Virus record (IMG/VR): IMGVR_UViG_3300019776_000919
Location: 105,714 to 169,713 of that record
DNA length: 64,000 bases
Strand: one strand, 5' to 3'
Source: a virus
The notes below the pieces were generated by a model that had not been told where the DNA came from, made no database searches, and saw nothing but the letters and a program-made list of their open reading frames with translations. Every line of letters begins with the position of its first letter. The stretch's first letter is position 1. Of the stretch, positions 46,903-56,342 are shown one piece after another. The translations under genes and the position numbers were made by a program.

Positions 46903-47127
46903 TTACGTCAAATTGACGATTTGTATGGCGTGTATACGATTACCATACTCAGATTGAGGGGTTAATTTTTCTCCGTGATCTTCGGACAAAACCCCATTTT
47001 TATCTTGAAGTACTGTTATATACTCAAGATACACGTTGGAGTAGATATGACTATTTCTAGAGCATACTACTACCAGGTCACTGTCATCTGCTTGTTCCAG
47101 CAACTTCCTGAGTTGCCCAACGTTCAT
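46903..47127 (-). CDS. hypothetical protein
   Basis: 74 aa ORF coupled to the upstream gene. Confidence 0.65.
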   Translation of the reverse strand: MNVGQLRKLLEQADDSDLVVVCSRNSHIYSNVYLEYITVLQDKNGVLSEDHGEKLTPQSEYGNRIHAIQIVNLT

Positions 47128-47450
47128 CAGGGTTCCTTTACGAAGTTGATCGGGTTCAGTTGAACATAGCCATGTGCCAATAAGGCATTGGCCATGTTTT
47201 GCTTTCCAACTGGGTTGGAAGTAACGAGTTGAACATTGCGAGGTATTAGTCCACGCTCCAGACCCTGCTTCAAAATCTCATATCCGTTGTGGGCAGGGTT
47301 TTCTTCACCCAAATCGTGATCCAAACACAAGTGAGTCCAACCACCTTTTGCCAAGGCTTCAAGCCCAGCATCAAAAGTTCTGGCAATGAAGTCACAGTTC
47401 AAATCCCGGATGTCATCTATCAACAACCAATTTTGTATTTCTTTGTTCAT
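47127..47450 (-). CDS. cyclic-phosphate-processing receiver-domain protein
   Basis: LIDDIR, LDHDLG, NGYEIL, TSNPVG..M. Confidence 0.75.
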   Translation of the reverse strand: MNKEIQNWLLIDDIRDLNCDFIARTFDAGLEALAKGGWTHLCLDHDLGEENPAHNGYEILKQGLERGLIPRNVQLVTSNPVGKQNMANALLAHGYVQLNPINFVKEP

Positions 47451-47455
47451 CGAGC

Positions 47456-47827
47456 TTATCTCTTTCCTTTTACAATACCTTGAAACCTGCTACTAGGTAC
47501 TGCAGTGAAGGGGCTTTGATATTTCCGTTTATACCCCAGTTCCAGGATACAACTAAAGATCCTAGACCGTGCTTTTTGAAAAGCTTCTTTTTCAGATTCC
47601 TCCAACGGCACATCTGAATGCAGTGTTATCTGCGTCGCCTTTCCATCTTTACCGGCTGTTTGTTCTGTCAGTACTTCAACTACTTCCTTGACCGATGAGT
47701 TCGAAATGTCGAACGAGGTTAAATAATTGATAACCGTAGAGCTTCGGGTTGAGATGTGTAATCCATCACCCAGGTTCTCAGCGGTTTCTTTTTGGAAACT
47801 CATTCGAATTATCAATTTTTTATTCAT
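47456..47827 (-). CDS. hypothetical protein
   Basis: 123 aa ORF after a promoter motif. Confidence 0.65.
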   Translation of the reverse strand: MNKKLIIRMSFQKETAENLGDGLHISTRSSTVINYLTSFDISNSSVKEVVEVLTEQTAGKDGKATQITLHSDVPLEESEKEAFQKARSRIFSCILELGYKRKYQSPFTAVPSSRFQGIVKGKR

Positions 47828-47871
47828 GGTTTAAGCTAAGTAAGAATAGCTGACATATTGTCTATACTATT

Positions 47872-47900
47872 CTTATACCATAAATTACAACGTTATTGAT
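47872..47900 (-). promoter_or_regulatory. conserved promoter-like motif ATCAA-N15-TGGTATAAG
   Basis: Motif copy upstream of 47827. Confidence 0.7.
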
Positions 47901-47903
47901 TAC

Positions 47904-48965
47904 TCAATAAACATCGGTTTCGGTAAGAGTCAAAGTTTCCCAACGAGGGGTTCCGTATGAACTCCGCTTAACTTTTTCCCACTCTTTAAAAGCCTCGATA
48001 GCGTCTTCCTGTGCGGGTGATATTGCCCAAGTTATAAATGCATCGGGGATATCGGGATTCAAGCGAAGTTTTACCCCGTGAATGTCCCCTAGCAATTCCC
48101 GGCCCAAAGCCTTGATCATCTCAAGCACATGCTTGATAGAAGCTTTCTTTTCAACCAGTAGGCTCGGACAAATCTTTGCAGTTCTTGCAGGAATAGCTAG
48201 AGGCTTTTCCCCGATGCCTCGACTATACTGCCACCCGCCCTCCAGAATAACCCCGTGGGTTTTCGGGTTTATGAGAATTGTTCCCGGAGAGATATCCAGG
48301 TTCAAAACTTTTCGAATCTGCATCAAGCAAGCCAAGCTATGCAGCCTTGACATAATCCAAACCACATGTTTCGGGTCCAGCTTACGTTTCTCCAAAACGT
48401 GATTCAATGCCAAAGTGGCCCTATCTTTTGGAAGAATGCTGAGCACGCCCCCGTTTTCCAGTACTCGGAATTCCGTCTGCAACCTTGAAGCGATGTACAG
48501 ATTTTCATCCGAAGCCATTTCCGGGGGTAGCGGAGTAGACCAAAATTTCAAGTTTTTCTTGGCTTGTTCAACCAAGTCAAGATTATCTCTGGTAAATTCA
48601 GACCAGACATAATACTTGCCCATGTAACGAATACAAGCCCCGCCTTGATCATCTGATTTCAAAAACGACACTTCTAAGAAGCTGGTGGGCGTCGAAAAAG
48701 ATTTGTAGTTATCTCCCCCCCAAACCCCGGCATTGATGTGCGTTTCCGCCAAATCCTTCAACTGCTTGATGTGCTCGAAAACTTTTGTAGCGAAAACTTT
48801 ATCGTTTTCCGATGCGTGTTTGTCAGGATGCCATTTGCTAGACAACCTCCGCCATACCTGCGTTGTCTGAGATTGAGAATTAGGGAACATCATGTAATAA
48901 AACTTGATGTCGAGTACTTGATTTCCGTTAAGGGAAAGAATTTGTTCCGGAGTCAAAGTCAGCAT
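47904..48965 (-). CDS. J-domain protein with degenerate kinase-like C-terminus
   Basis: WRRLSSKWHPDK J-domain; VLNLDISPGTILI..HGVILEGGW in place of kinase catalytic and DFG loops. Confidence 0.65.
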   Translation of the reverse strand: MLTLTPEQILSLNGNQVLDIKFYYMMFPNSQSQTTQVWRRLSSKWHPDKHASENDKVFATKVFEHIKQLKDLAETHINAGVWGGDNYKSFSTPTSFLEVSFLKSDDQGGACIRYMGKYYVWSEFTRDNLDLVEQAKKNLKFWSTPLPPEMASDENLYIASRLQTEFRVLENGGVLSILPKDRATLALNHVLEKRKLDPKHVVWIMSRLHSLACLMQIRKVLNLDISPGTILINPKTHGVILEGGWQYSRGIGEKPLAIPARTAKICPSLLVEKKASIKHVLEMIKALGRELLGDIHGVKLRLNPDIPDAFITWAISPAQEDAIEAFKEWEKVKRSSYGTPRWETLTLTETDVY

Positions 48966-49066
48966 GATGAATACTGGTTTAAACGCGTTTTAATCGATTT
49001 AAATAAGCAAGAAGCACCGACCCCTTGCTTTTTAATTTGGCTACAGCCCAGGCCCTGTAAAAGGCT

Positions 49067-50131
49067 TTACGGAGATTTGGGAGGAGTCTCTTCCTTTACC
49101 GTTTCTTTGATCAAATCTTCTTGCTGCTTAAAACCCAAATACACCAAGTTCAGACCTGATTGGTAGACAGAGGCCTTACGGATGGTCTTGAGGTAAGGCA
49201 ACTCGGGTTTAGGCTCCAGGGCCGAAGTTGTAGAGGTGTGCGCAGCAAGGATGCAGTTGGTAAGAATCTTTTTGAAGGATTCAGTAAGAATTACGAGCCC
49301 GTCTCTTACTGCAGTGATTGCACTGTCCGGAATTTGCAAAACACCACATCCAGACATGTAGTTTTCGGTCAATTCGGTGAGACTGAAGGTAGTGTCTTCG
49401 CTGATCTGAATCAGCTTAGGTTCTGGAAGAGAGATGTATGCATTTGATTTCACTGCGACTTCTATGGAATCAATTGCAAGTTTGACACCCCCTCGTTTAT
49501 GAAAGTTATCCAAGTGGGAACAGCAAGAAAACCCGAAATAAACGATGTAAATATTCTTTGTTGGGGTGAATTTTCGAACTTGCACTGCAATGGTAAATCC
49601 GCCTCTCGAAGAGGTGTCATACCCAAGGGTCATCAGGCGGGAAATATCCCCGGTTTTTAATGAATTACCAAGTTGATCGAAGAAGTAACTAAACAAGTCC
49701 CCTTGCTCTTCTTTCCGGGGACGCTCTGAGGGATTCCAACTCAAATCCAAGTTGCGGAAATGTTGAATGAGAAACCGGTCTCGATCAGGGTGCGGGGTTA
49801 CCACCTCTTTTACCGGAGTTTTTTTCTTGGCTGTGTAGATGATCCCTGGAGAGAGAATCTCTTCAACCTCTTTGTCGAAGCTAACTTGCAGATTTTCCAT
49901 CAAAGCAAACAGGTTAGCTTGCTCCCCAAGTAGGTAATTTTTACCACTCTCCAGTTTAACAATTCCTGGACGAGAGCCCTTTTCCGGTTGGTGAGCAACC
50001 ACTTTCTTGTAAAGAGTCCCTACTTCTCCCCCGCTTTGGAGAATAAAGATTTCATTGGGGTTCCCGCCTTTAACCCGGTAGAATGCATAGTTACGAAACA
50101 GGCCACGGACGTTTAATTTTTCGATGTTCAT
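49067..50131 (-). CDS. hypothetical protein
   Basis: 354 aa ORF; internal QGDLF. Confidence 0.75.
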   Translation of the reverse strand: MNIEKLNVRGLFRNYAFYRVKGGNPNEIFILQSGGEVGTLYKKVVAHQPEKGSRPGIVKLESGKNYLLGEQANLFALMENLQVSFDKEVEEILSPGIIYTAKKKTPVKEVVTPHPDRDRFLIQHFRNLDLSWNPSERPRKEEQGDLFSYFFDQLGNSLKTGDISRLMTLGYDTSSRGGFTIAVQVRKFTPTKNIYIVYFGFSCCSHLDNFHKRGGVKLAIDSIEVAVKSNAYISLPEPKLIQISEDTTFSLTELTENYMSGCGVLQIPDSAITAVRDGLVILTESFKKILTNCILAAHTSTTSALEPKPELPYLKTIRKASVYQSGLNLVYLGFKQQEDLIKETVKEETPPKSP

Positions 50132-50133
50132 GA

Positions 50134-51213
50134 TTAAAGAGATTTCAGATGTTGATAGAAATAGAGCGCATTCCTTGCTAGGAATTCGCTTGAATTATTG
50201 CGGGAAGTAGTTCGCAACGTGTCTAGGTTAGGAGATGAATTTATCAACCCTTCTACCTCCGACATTAAATCTTCCGCCATTTTAATGGCAACAACCGGCT
50301 CTATTTTGCCAGTCTTTATATCCAGAAGAATCTTTGATTCTGTCATTGGATACGTGACATATCCTTTCAGCAGGATTTCCTTTGCTTGCAAGACTAATCG
50401 ATAAGAATGCAAGGCATGTTTAGAGTCAAAACCATTTTCTAAAGCTGCATGGGATCTGCCAGCATAGGTCCTGGTTAAAGCTTCCAGCATTCTATATAGA
50501 TTGTCAAAACTGGATTTTTTATTTACGGGCTTTTCATAAACCAAGAAATGGGATTTATCTTCTGCCATCGGTAATTTGTGAGTTACCGCAAGGGAGTTGA
50601 AAAAATCCTCAGGCATTGAGGCATGCACATTAGAAATCGATTTTCTATTGGCATCCATCCACGCCATCATTTCTTTGAATTTCTGAAGTCGAAGCAGTCT
50701 TTTACCAGTCGATTCTAGGCTTTTCTTGGAGAACGCAATCATGGGGGCTAGATCTATGGCAGTAACCGCTTCCCCGAACCTATTCAAAAAATCTATTGTC
50801 AAGGCCCCTTTTTTAAATCTAGAATCGAATTGTTTCGCATCATGTCGACTCTTGATAAAAGACATTGTCTCAATATTTTGAATAATTCCCCGTAAATATC
50901 CGTCCAGTAGAAATGGTAAACTTACAAAAGTTACTTCGATTGTGTTCTTGTCAGACGGTTTAGATATGCCTTCCCCAGTATTCTGAATAGAACCATCTAC
51001 GTTATAACGCCTACTATTAATTTCAGGTATGTTGCCGACTGCGATCTCTTCCAATCGAGGCATATAAACAGCAACAAAGTCCCAGTCACTATCTTCAGTA
51101 TTTGTTCCGTACATTCTGCTACCAAACGGCGTAAGCATAAGAATGTCCGGATGAACTTGATTCAGATTAGTCACCAATAATTCAGTGACTCCCTCTGGGT
51201 TAAATAAAAGCAT
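50134..51213 (-). CDS. Pol-beta-superfamily nucleotidyltransferase (RlaP-like)
   Basis: GSRMYGTNTEDSDWD; C-terminal FDSKHALHSYRL...IKTG. Confidence 0.8.
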   Translation of the reverse strand: MLLFNPEGVTELLVTNLNQVHPDILMLTPFGSRMYGTNTEDSDWDFVAVYMPRLEEIAVGNIPEINSRRYNVDGSIQNTGEGISKPSDKNTIEVTFVSLPFLLDGYLRGIIQNIETMSFIKSRHDAKQFDSRFKKGALTIDFLNRFGEAVTAIDLAPMIAFSKKSLESTGKRLLRLQKFKEMMAWMDANRKSISNVHASMPEDFFNSLAVTHKLPMAEDKSHFLVYEKPVNKKSSFDNLYRMLEALTRTYAGRSHAALENGFDSKHALHSYRLVLQAKEILLKGYVTYPMTESKILLDIKTGKIEPVVAIKMAEDLMSEVEGLINSSPNLDTLRTTSRNNSSEFLARNALYFYQHLKSL

Positions 51214-51232
51214 AAGCTTCCTTTCTATACTT

Positions 51233-51262
51233 CTTATACCAATATTACAACTTTATATTGAA
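51233..51262 (-). promoter_or_regulatory. conserved promoter-like motif TTCAA-N16-TGGTATAAG
   Basis: Exact copy upstream of 51213. Confidence 0.75.
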
Positions 51263-52170
51263 TACTGCTTAAATTCAATTAGTTTTCTAAATTGAGTCCA
51301 TCCAAGTGAATTACCAGACATCAAAGTTGGCCGCTCGTAGATAGAAGGGGTAAGCTGATGTTCCATCGGAGACGCATGGAAAGGATTATCCTCATTGTCA
51401 ATATCCATTCCATAAGTCAGTTTTTTAAACAAAGCCAAATCATCTTCTAATGTAGAAGTGACCCCATGATGAGTCTTATAAGAAGTTCTGGCGCAACGAG
51501 ATGCAGACACTGCTAAGGCGTTGTTTAATCCTAGCGTACGAAATTCTTCTTCTGAAACGTAAGGTAGATGCCACTCCCCTTGTTTTAGCTCCTTAGGAGT
51601 CGATTCGTTCAGGGCAGTTTTCACTGCTTGGGTTAAGTATATCATTTCATCTTGGGCATCGGGGTGATCGCGTAAATGGAAAAAGTTTTCAAAAGTAGTA
51701 CCAGTTAGGACCACTTTAATAGTCGAAGCCCATTCGAGTGGGCGTGATGCCCATTGTTTATGTACCCCTAACGCAGTCAATTTTTTACAGCCTTCAGCCA
51801 CTGCGTTAACCATCTCCATCCAAATTCGATTAGCCTCTTGTTGATCCTCTTCTGAAAGATTGTCTTGAGAAGCTCTCATTCCCGGTTGATTTTTACCCCA
51901 ACGAACTGGAAAAACCGGTGCTTTTTGAATAACATCAATTTGCTTCAATGTAGGGATTGCTCGTGAAGAGCTGGCGTTTTTAGAAAATACCCGATGAGTA
52001 TTTAATTCTGCAAGAATGAATCTGGGAAATTCTAATTCTAAAGTAGTAGCTCTATGTAGATGAAGGTTTGTGTAATAGCTGTCTGCGATTACCTTAGCCG
52101 TAATAATTGACGTAGAAGGTAAAACAGGCATCTCAGTTTTTAAAGGGTAATTTGGAAAAGAGTATGGCAT
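51253..52170 (-). CDS. thyX: flavin-dependent thymidylate synthase (phage type)
   Basis: ELNTHRVFSKNASSSRAIP, FFHLR...AQDE, SASRCARTSY, HASPMEH. Confidence 0.82.
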   Translation of the reverse strand: MPYSFPNYPLKTEMPVLPSTSIITAKVIADSYYTNLHLHRATTLELEFPRFILAELNTHRVFSKNASSSRAIPTLKQIDVIQKAPVFPVRWGKNQPGMRASQDNLSEEDQQEANRIWMEMVNAVAEGCKKLTALGVHKQWASRPLEWASTIKVVLTGTTFENFFHLRDHPDAQDEMIYLTQAVKTALNESTPKELKQGEWHLPYVSEEEFRTLGLNNALAVSASRCARTSYKTHHGVTSTLEDDLALFKKLTYGMDIDNEDNPFHASPMEHQLTPSIYERPTLMSGNSLGWTQFRKLIEFKQYSI

Positions 52171-52250
52171 ATTGACAATAGTTTTTAGATAAGGTTAAAA
52201 TTATACACTCTGCAGTTAAATGTACAACTTTTTAAATTTCATTAAAGAGA

Positions 52251-52279
52251 TTGACTAAAACAAATATTTACTGTAAGAT
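52251..52279 (+). promoter_or_regulatory. sigma70-like promoter
   Basis: TTGACT-N17-TAAGAT; second candidate TTGACA-N18-TAAAAT at 52172-52201. Confidence 0.5.
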
Positions 52280-52310
52280 ACAAATACATTAACTATCAAT
52301 ACAAACACAA

Positions 52311-52799
52311 ATGGCAAAATATCTATTTAACACTACAAATTCAATTTATCTTTTTAAGGGGGGTAGTTTGGAAGTGCCGCCGAAGGGTCATAGACCCGTA
52401 TCTGATACGGATTTCAATTCCGGTATTTTTGAAGATGCAATTCTGACCGGGGCTCTTAAAGTCTACAATACTCTAGAGGAAGTTCCTGCTGTTGATACTA
52501 GCTATGAACCTGCGCCGATTGAAAAGGTAAATCAAGGAGTGAATGGGGCTAGTACTGAGGAGCTGAAAGCATTCATTGCTTCAAAGGAAGCTAAGAAACA
52601 AGCTGAAGCGGAAAGACTGCAAGCTGCTATTACCCCGACTGTATCGGAAACAATTCCAGCCCCTACTGTTACTCCGGAACCTGATCCAATCCCTGATGCC
52701 CCGGCTGTCCCGGTTGAACTTAAAATAGAATCAACTGAAACTCCTGTTACTACCCCTAAGAAGACAAAAGCGCCCAAGAACGCTGATGGTAATTCTTAA
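52311..52799 (+). CDS. hypothetical protein with Pro/Thr-rich tail
   Basis: 162 aa ORF. Confidence 0.7.
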   Translation: MAKYLFNTTNSIYLFKGGSLEVPPKGHRPVSDTDFNSGIFEDAILTGALKVYNTLEEVPAVDTSYEPAPIEKVNQGVNGASTEELKAFIASKEAKKQAEAERLQAAITPTVSETIPAPTVTPEPDPIPDAPAVPVELKIESTETPVTTPKKTKAPKNADGNS

Positions 52800-52818
52800 T
52801 CACTAGACGATTGAATCG

Positions 52819-53256
52819 ATGGCCTCTATACTCACCCCTGAAAAAGTCAGAGAATATATCTCCGATTATCCTGAAAAGAATTTGCTTCTTGATGATAAGG
52901 AATTCTCTGACACGTTCATTGAACTATGCATGGACTTAGCGGTAAGTGAGTATAATTCCATGACCCCGAAGACGGGATTTAATGAAGAAACCTTTCCTTC
53001 TAAATCCCTATTAATGATGGGTACATTATGGCAAATGTTTCTAGGTAGATCGGCCTTAATGGCGAGAAATCAATTGTCCTACTCAGATGGGGGATTGCAA
53101 ATACCCATAGAAGAAAAATATGAACTCTATCTAAGTTTAGCTAATTCTTTTGGGACTCAATTTTCCACAACTGCCGCTAGATTAAAAGCATCTCTTAACA
53201 TGGAGTCGGGTTGGGGTGAAGTACGTAGTGATGAAGCTATGTTCCCTATCTGGTAA
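52819..53256 (+). CDS. putative head-tail adaptor/neck protein
   Basis: Helical 145 aa protein, RNQLSYSDGGL pattern, located between head and tail genes. Confidence 0.5.
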   Translation: MASILTPEKVREYISDYPEKNLLLDDKEFSDTFIELCMDLAVSEYNSMTPKTGFNEETFPSKSLLMMGTLWQMFLGRSALMARNQLSYSDGGLQIPIEEKYELYLSLANSFGTQFSTTAARLKASLNMESGWGEVRSDEAMFPIW

Positions 53257-53275
53257 CTAGTAATTTACTTTTACT

Positions 53276-53302
53276 AAAAAAAGGCCTAATCAAGGCCTTT
53301 TT
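53276..53302. terminator. bidirectional intrinsic terminator
   Basis: AAAAAAAGGCCT-AATCA-AGGCCTTTTT. Confidence 0.85.
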
Positions 53303-53310
53303 CTTTTGGA

Positions 53311-54600
53311 TTAAAGAAATCCAAGTTTCTGAATCGGAGTATCGATTTTCAAATCTGCTTTGAGATTAGTAATCTCTGCAAGGCTGAAATCTTTTCCATC
53401 CAAAGCGGTATTGTCATGGCCATAGTAATTCTTAGCCACAATTTTTGCCTCATCCCTGGTCAAGCGACGGAAATCTAGGATATCAAAGCAGCGTCCTTTG
53501 CGCAGCAAAGCCGGATCAATACTACTAACGTTCGGCAGGTTAGTACTAAAGATAAGCTTTTTATGCTTGAAAGAGATCATGCCATCCGATGCGTTGAGAA
53601 GTTTTTCCATCAACTTATTTCCTTCTGCCCGTGCTTGCAGCAGATCATCAGCATCTTCAATGATAAGAAGATTGGCGTCGTCCCGGGTAAGGAAAGAAGC
53701 AAAGAAACCATCAGAATTCAGCAGATGACTATCGTAAGTAATAACTGCAGAAGTTCCAGCTGCCTTTACCAGGTGTTTAAGGAAAGTTGTTTTACCGGTC
53801 CCAGGGGATCCCTTCAAAACCAAGACGCATTCATCAGAATCGATAAACGTTTTTGTATAGTTTTGAATAGTGTCTTTCATCCAGGGATATGCCCCGGGAA
53901 TTTCGTCTTTCAAAACAATTGGTAAATGAAACTCTTCCATTTCCCGATAGTTAGGGCCAAACACCCAGTCAACCATGACTTCAGAAGGTCGAAAGTCTTC
54001 TTTTGAAATCCATTCGGTAAACCCGTTAATGGCTTCAACAGTGCCGCTAGCAGTAACGTTTAGATTATTTCCTCGAAATCGAAACTCCAAGTAAACCGAG
54101 CCAGTCGGTCCCGCTTGGTTATTCCAAAACGCGTAAGCATTGTGCGTACCATTCATATAGAACGGGTTAAAACTTTTTGTAATCCAATCAGGAAATACGA
54201 AATTCGATTTGCAAAGTACGTCGTAAGTTTTAGTAACTTGGTTCAACCCCAGATTAATGAACTCCTTCATCCTTTGAAATTCAAAGATTTCGGAGATGCG
54301 ACCTACATTATAGTAGTACTGAGCGTCAGGGCCTACACCCCAGGAATTAGTAGAAGTGGTCATCAAAGTGTTTTTAGCAAAAGGTTTCGGGGGGTATGAG
54401 TCTAAAAAATCTAAACTGTTCAAATTTTCCATCAGCTTACTAGCTTTTAGAAATTCTGACAACGAAGAATTATTAGAGTTAAAGAAACTAGAAAGAGAAT
54501 CTTTTTCTAGTTTTGAAAGAGAATCTGAAGATCGCTGAGAAGGTTTACGGGGCCTACGGGAAGGTCTCTGTCTAAAAATATTCGAATGGTGTTCACTCAT
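53311..54600 (-). CDS. AAA+ ATPase
   Basis: GSPGTGKT, IIEDAD, STN, DPALLRKGRCFD. Confidence 0.88.
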   Translation of the reverse strand: MSEHHSNIFRQRPSRRPRKPSQRSSDSLSKLEKDSLSSFFNSNNSSLSEFLKASKLMENLNSLDFLDSYPPKPFAKNTLMTTSTNSWGVGPDAQYYYNVGRISEIFEFQRMKEFINLGLNQVTKTYDVLCKSNFVFPDWITKSFNPFYMNGTHNAYAFWNNQAGPTGSVYLEFRFRGNNLNVTASGTVEAINGFTEWISKEDFRPSEVMVDWVFGPNYREMEEFHLPIVLKDEIPGAYPWMKDTIQNYTKTFIDSDECVLVLKGSPGTGKTTFLKHLVKAAGTSAVITYDSHLLNSDGFFASFLTRDDANLLIIEDADDLLQARAEGNKLMEKLLNASDGMISFKHKKLIFSTNLPNVSSIDPALLRKGRCFDILDFRRLTRDEAKIVAKNYYGHDNTALDGKDFSLAEITNLKADLKIDTPIQKLGFL

Positions 54601-54655
54601 TTAGCGTTTCACATTTTCTAGTCTCGATTTAGACGGTAAATTTGTACGTACTTAG

Positions 54656-54684
54656 CTTATACCAGATATTACAAATATGTTGAA
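54656..54684 (-). promoter_or_regulatory. conserved promoter-like motif TTCAA-N15-TGGTATAAG
   Basis: Motif copy upstream of 54600. Confidence 0.7.
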
Positions 54685-54706
54685 ACATAAGTCTAAAATA
54701 TAACGT

Positions 54707-55711
54707 ATGAGTTTCGCCTTATCAATAGATCAAAGTTACATATTAAGGACTCAGTCTATCCCCTCTGCATTGCCATCTTCTACGGATGGCACTAGTAATT
54801 TTATAGACGTAATTTGTTACCCGGAGTGGTATGACAGTATAACTTTACAGTGGGATATACCGTCTTCTTGGGGTGACTGTAAATTCAATGTGTATTTTTC
54901 CCCCGGGGGATCTGATACCTATACGAAACTTAATTCAGTTTTACTATCAAATCCATTTTTCAAAGACACAACTACCAGAGAATACTCAAAGTTTACGAAT
55001 GGGAATTACGTTGTAGAAGCCATTTTTCCCGGGTTAACTAGGTCTATAAAATCAAAGCCGGTATTTACCCAATATCGTAGAAGAGACAGAACTGACAGGA
55101 TTGCGTCCGAGATTCAACGAAGAGAGTATTTATTACTATCTAAGTTCGCAGGAGTAAAAGCTTATTATTTCCGTAAAAGAAATTACGGGATGAGATGCCA
55201 TCGTTGTTGGAATCCTACTCAAGAAAAAGTAATGGATGATCATTGCAAGGTTTGCTACGGAACTTCTTGGGAAGGCGGATACTTCGATCCGACCCCGGTG
55301 TTTATACAATTTGGTACAACCCCTTCTACTAAAAATAGAGGGTATCACGGAATAGTGGAATCCAACTCTATTGAAGCATGGACTATTTCCGTACCAGAAA
55401 TTCGCTCTGAGGATATTATTATTAGAACCGGGGATTTTTGCATGTACAGAGTTTTAGCAAGTGCTCCGACTGAGTTACAGACCCGAGCCGTAAAACAGAA
55501 TCTGAGTTTGGGGCAATTATCTAAAACAGACATTGAAAACGATTTAGCTAATAAAATACAATTGGCTTCAGGAGCAGATTACTTAAAGAATATCGACGGC
55601 CCGTTTGTAGCTCAAAGATTCCCGACTAATCTCCTTGACTTAAATCCTAATAATGATTATGATTGGGCCAAGAAGCAAAATTTAACCACGTTCCCTAAGT
55701 ACGATATATAA
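54707..55711 (+). CDS. putative neck/head-closure protein with Zn finger
   Basis: FN3-like N-terminus, CHRC...CKVCYGT.W.GGY; precedes tail genes. Confidence 0.5.
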   Translation: MSFALSIDQSYILRTQSIPSALPSSTDGTSNFIDVICYPEWYDSITLQWDIPSSWGDCKFNVYFSPGGSDTYTKLNSVLLSNPFFKDTTTREYSKFTNGNYVVEAIFPGLTRSIKSKPVFTQYRRRDRTDRIASEIQRREYLLLSKFAGVKAYYFRKRNYGMRCHRCWNPTQEKVMDDHCKVCYGTSWEGGYFDPTPVFIQFGTTPSTKNRGYHGIVESNSIEAWTISVPEIRSEDIIIRTGDFCMYRVLASAPTELQTRAVKQNLSLGQLSKTDIENDLANKIQLASGADYLKNIDGPFVAQRFPTNLLDLNPNNDYDWAKKQNLTTFPKYDI

Positions 55712-55712
55712 C

Positions 55713-56303
55713 ATGGATTTTCAAAACGGCATAATTGCCCCTTTAATAATAGAGCCTTTAAGGTACTTTTTTTCCAATTATAGTACTTCTACGAATCTTA
55801 TTTGGAACGAAGATGAAAAGCTTCGTACATTAGAGATTGGCGAATCTTACGACTACAACAAGGTTCCTTTGCAAGAAAAGCCTAGGATTACTGTGACTCG
55901 TGGCACTTATGCTGTAAATAAAGTAGGGCTAACAGACAATTTAGCCGAGTCTAGATCTATGAGTATTACAGGTGGAAGAAAGGATTTTACAAACATGGTT
56001 CTATATCAAGGTAGCGCCATGATCAGTATTGAAGCCAGAAACAAAGGTACTTGTGAATTACTAGCAGATATGGTTAGTCATTTCATTATCTGGACTAGGC
56101 CTGTACTGTGCGATAGTCAGGGATGGAAAGAATTTGGTCTACCGATGAATGTTTCAGATGTAGCATTAGCGATGGACGAAGATCCTTCTTCTCAAAAATT
56201 TCAAATAAATATAGGGATACCTTGGATGAAAGAAGAACATTGGAAATTTCAAACAGACGGTGTTTTACTCAAAGATATCATTTCTAACATTCAACTGTCT
56301 TAA
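55713..56303 (+). CDS. putative tail terminator/completion protein
   Basis: 196 aa ORF just before the sheath gene; KPRITVTRG. Confidence 0.45.
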   Translation: MDFQNGIIAPLIIEPLRYFFSNYSTSTNLIWNEDEKLRTLEIGESYDYNKVPLQEKPRITVTRGTYAVNKVGLTDNLAESRSMSITGGRKDFTNMVLYQGSAMISIEARNKGTCELLADMVSHFIIWTRPVLCDSQGWKEFGLPMNVSDVALAMDEDPSSQKFQINIGIPWMKEEHWKFQTDGVLLKDIISNIQLS

Positions 56304-56329
56304 TCATGCTTATTAGTATTGATAGAGTT

Positions 56330-56342
56330 TACGAACTAAAAT
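56330..56342 (+). promoter_or_regulatory. + strand promoter-like motif TACGAACTAAAAT
   Basis: Motif copy upstream of the sheath gene. Confidence 0.6.
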
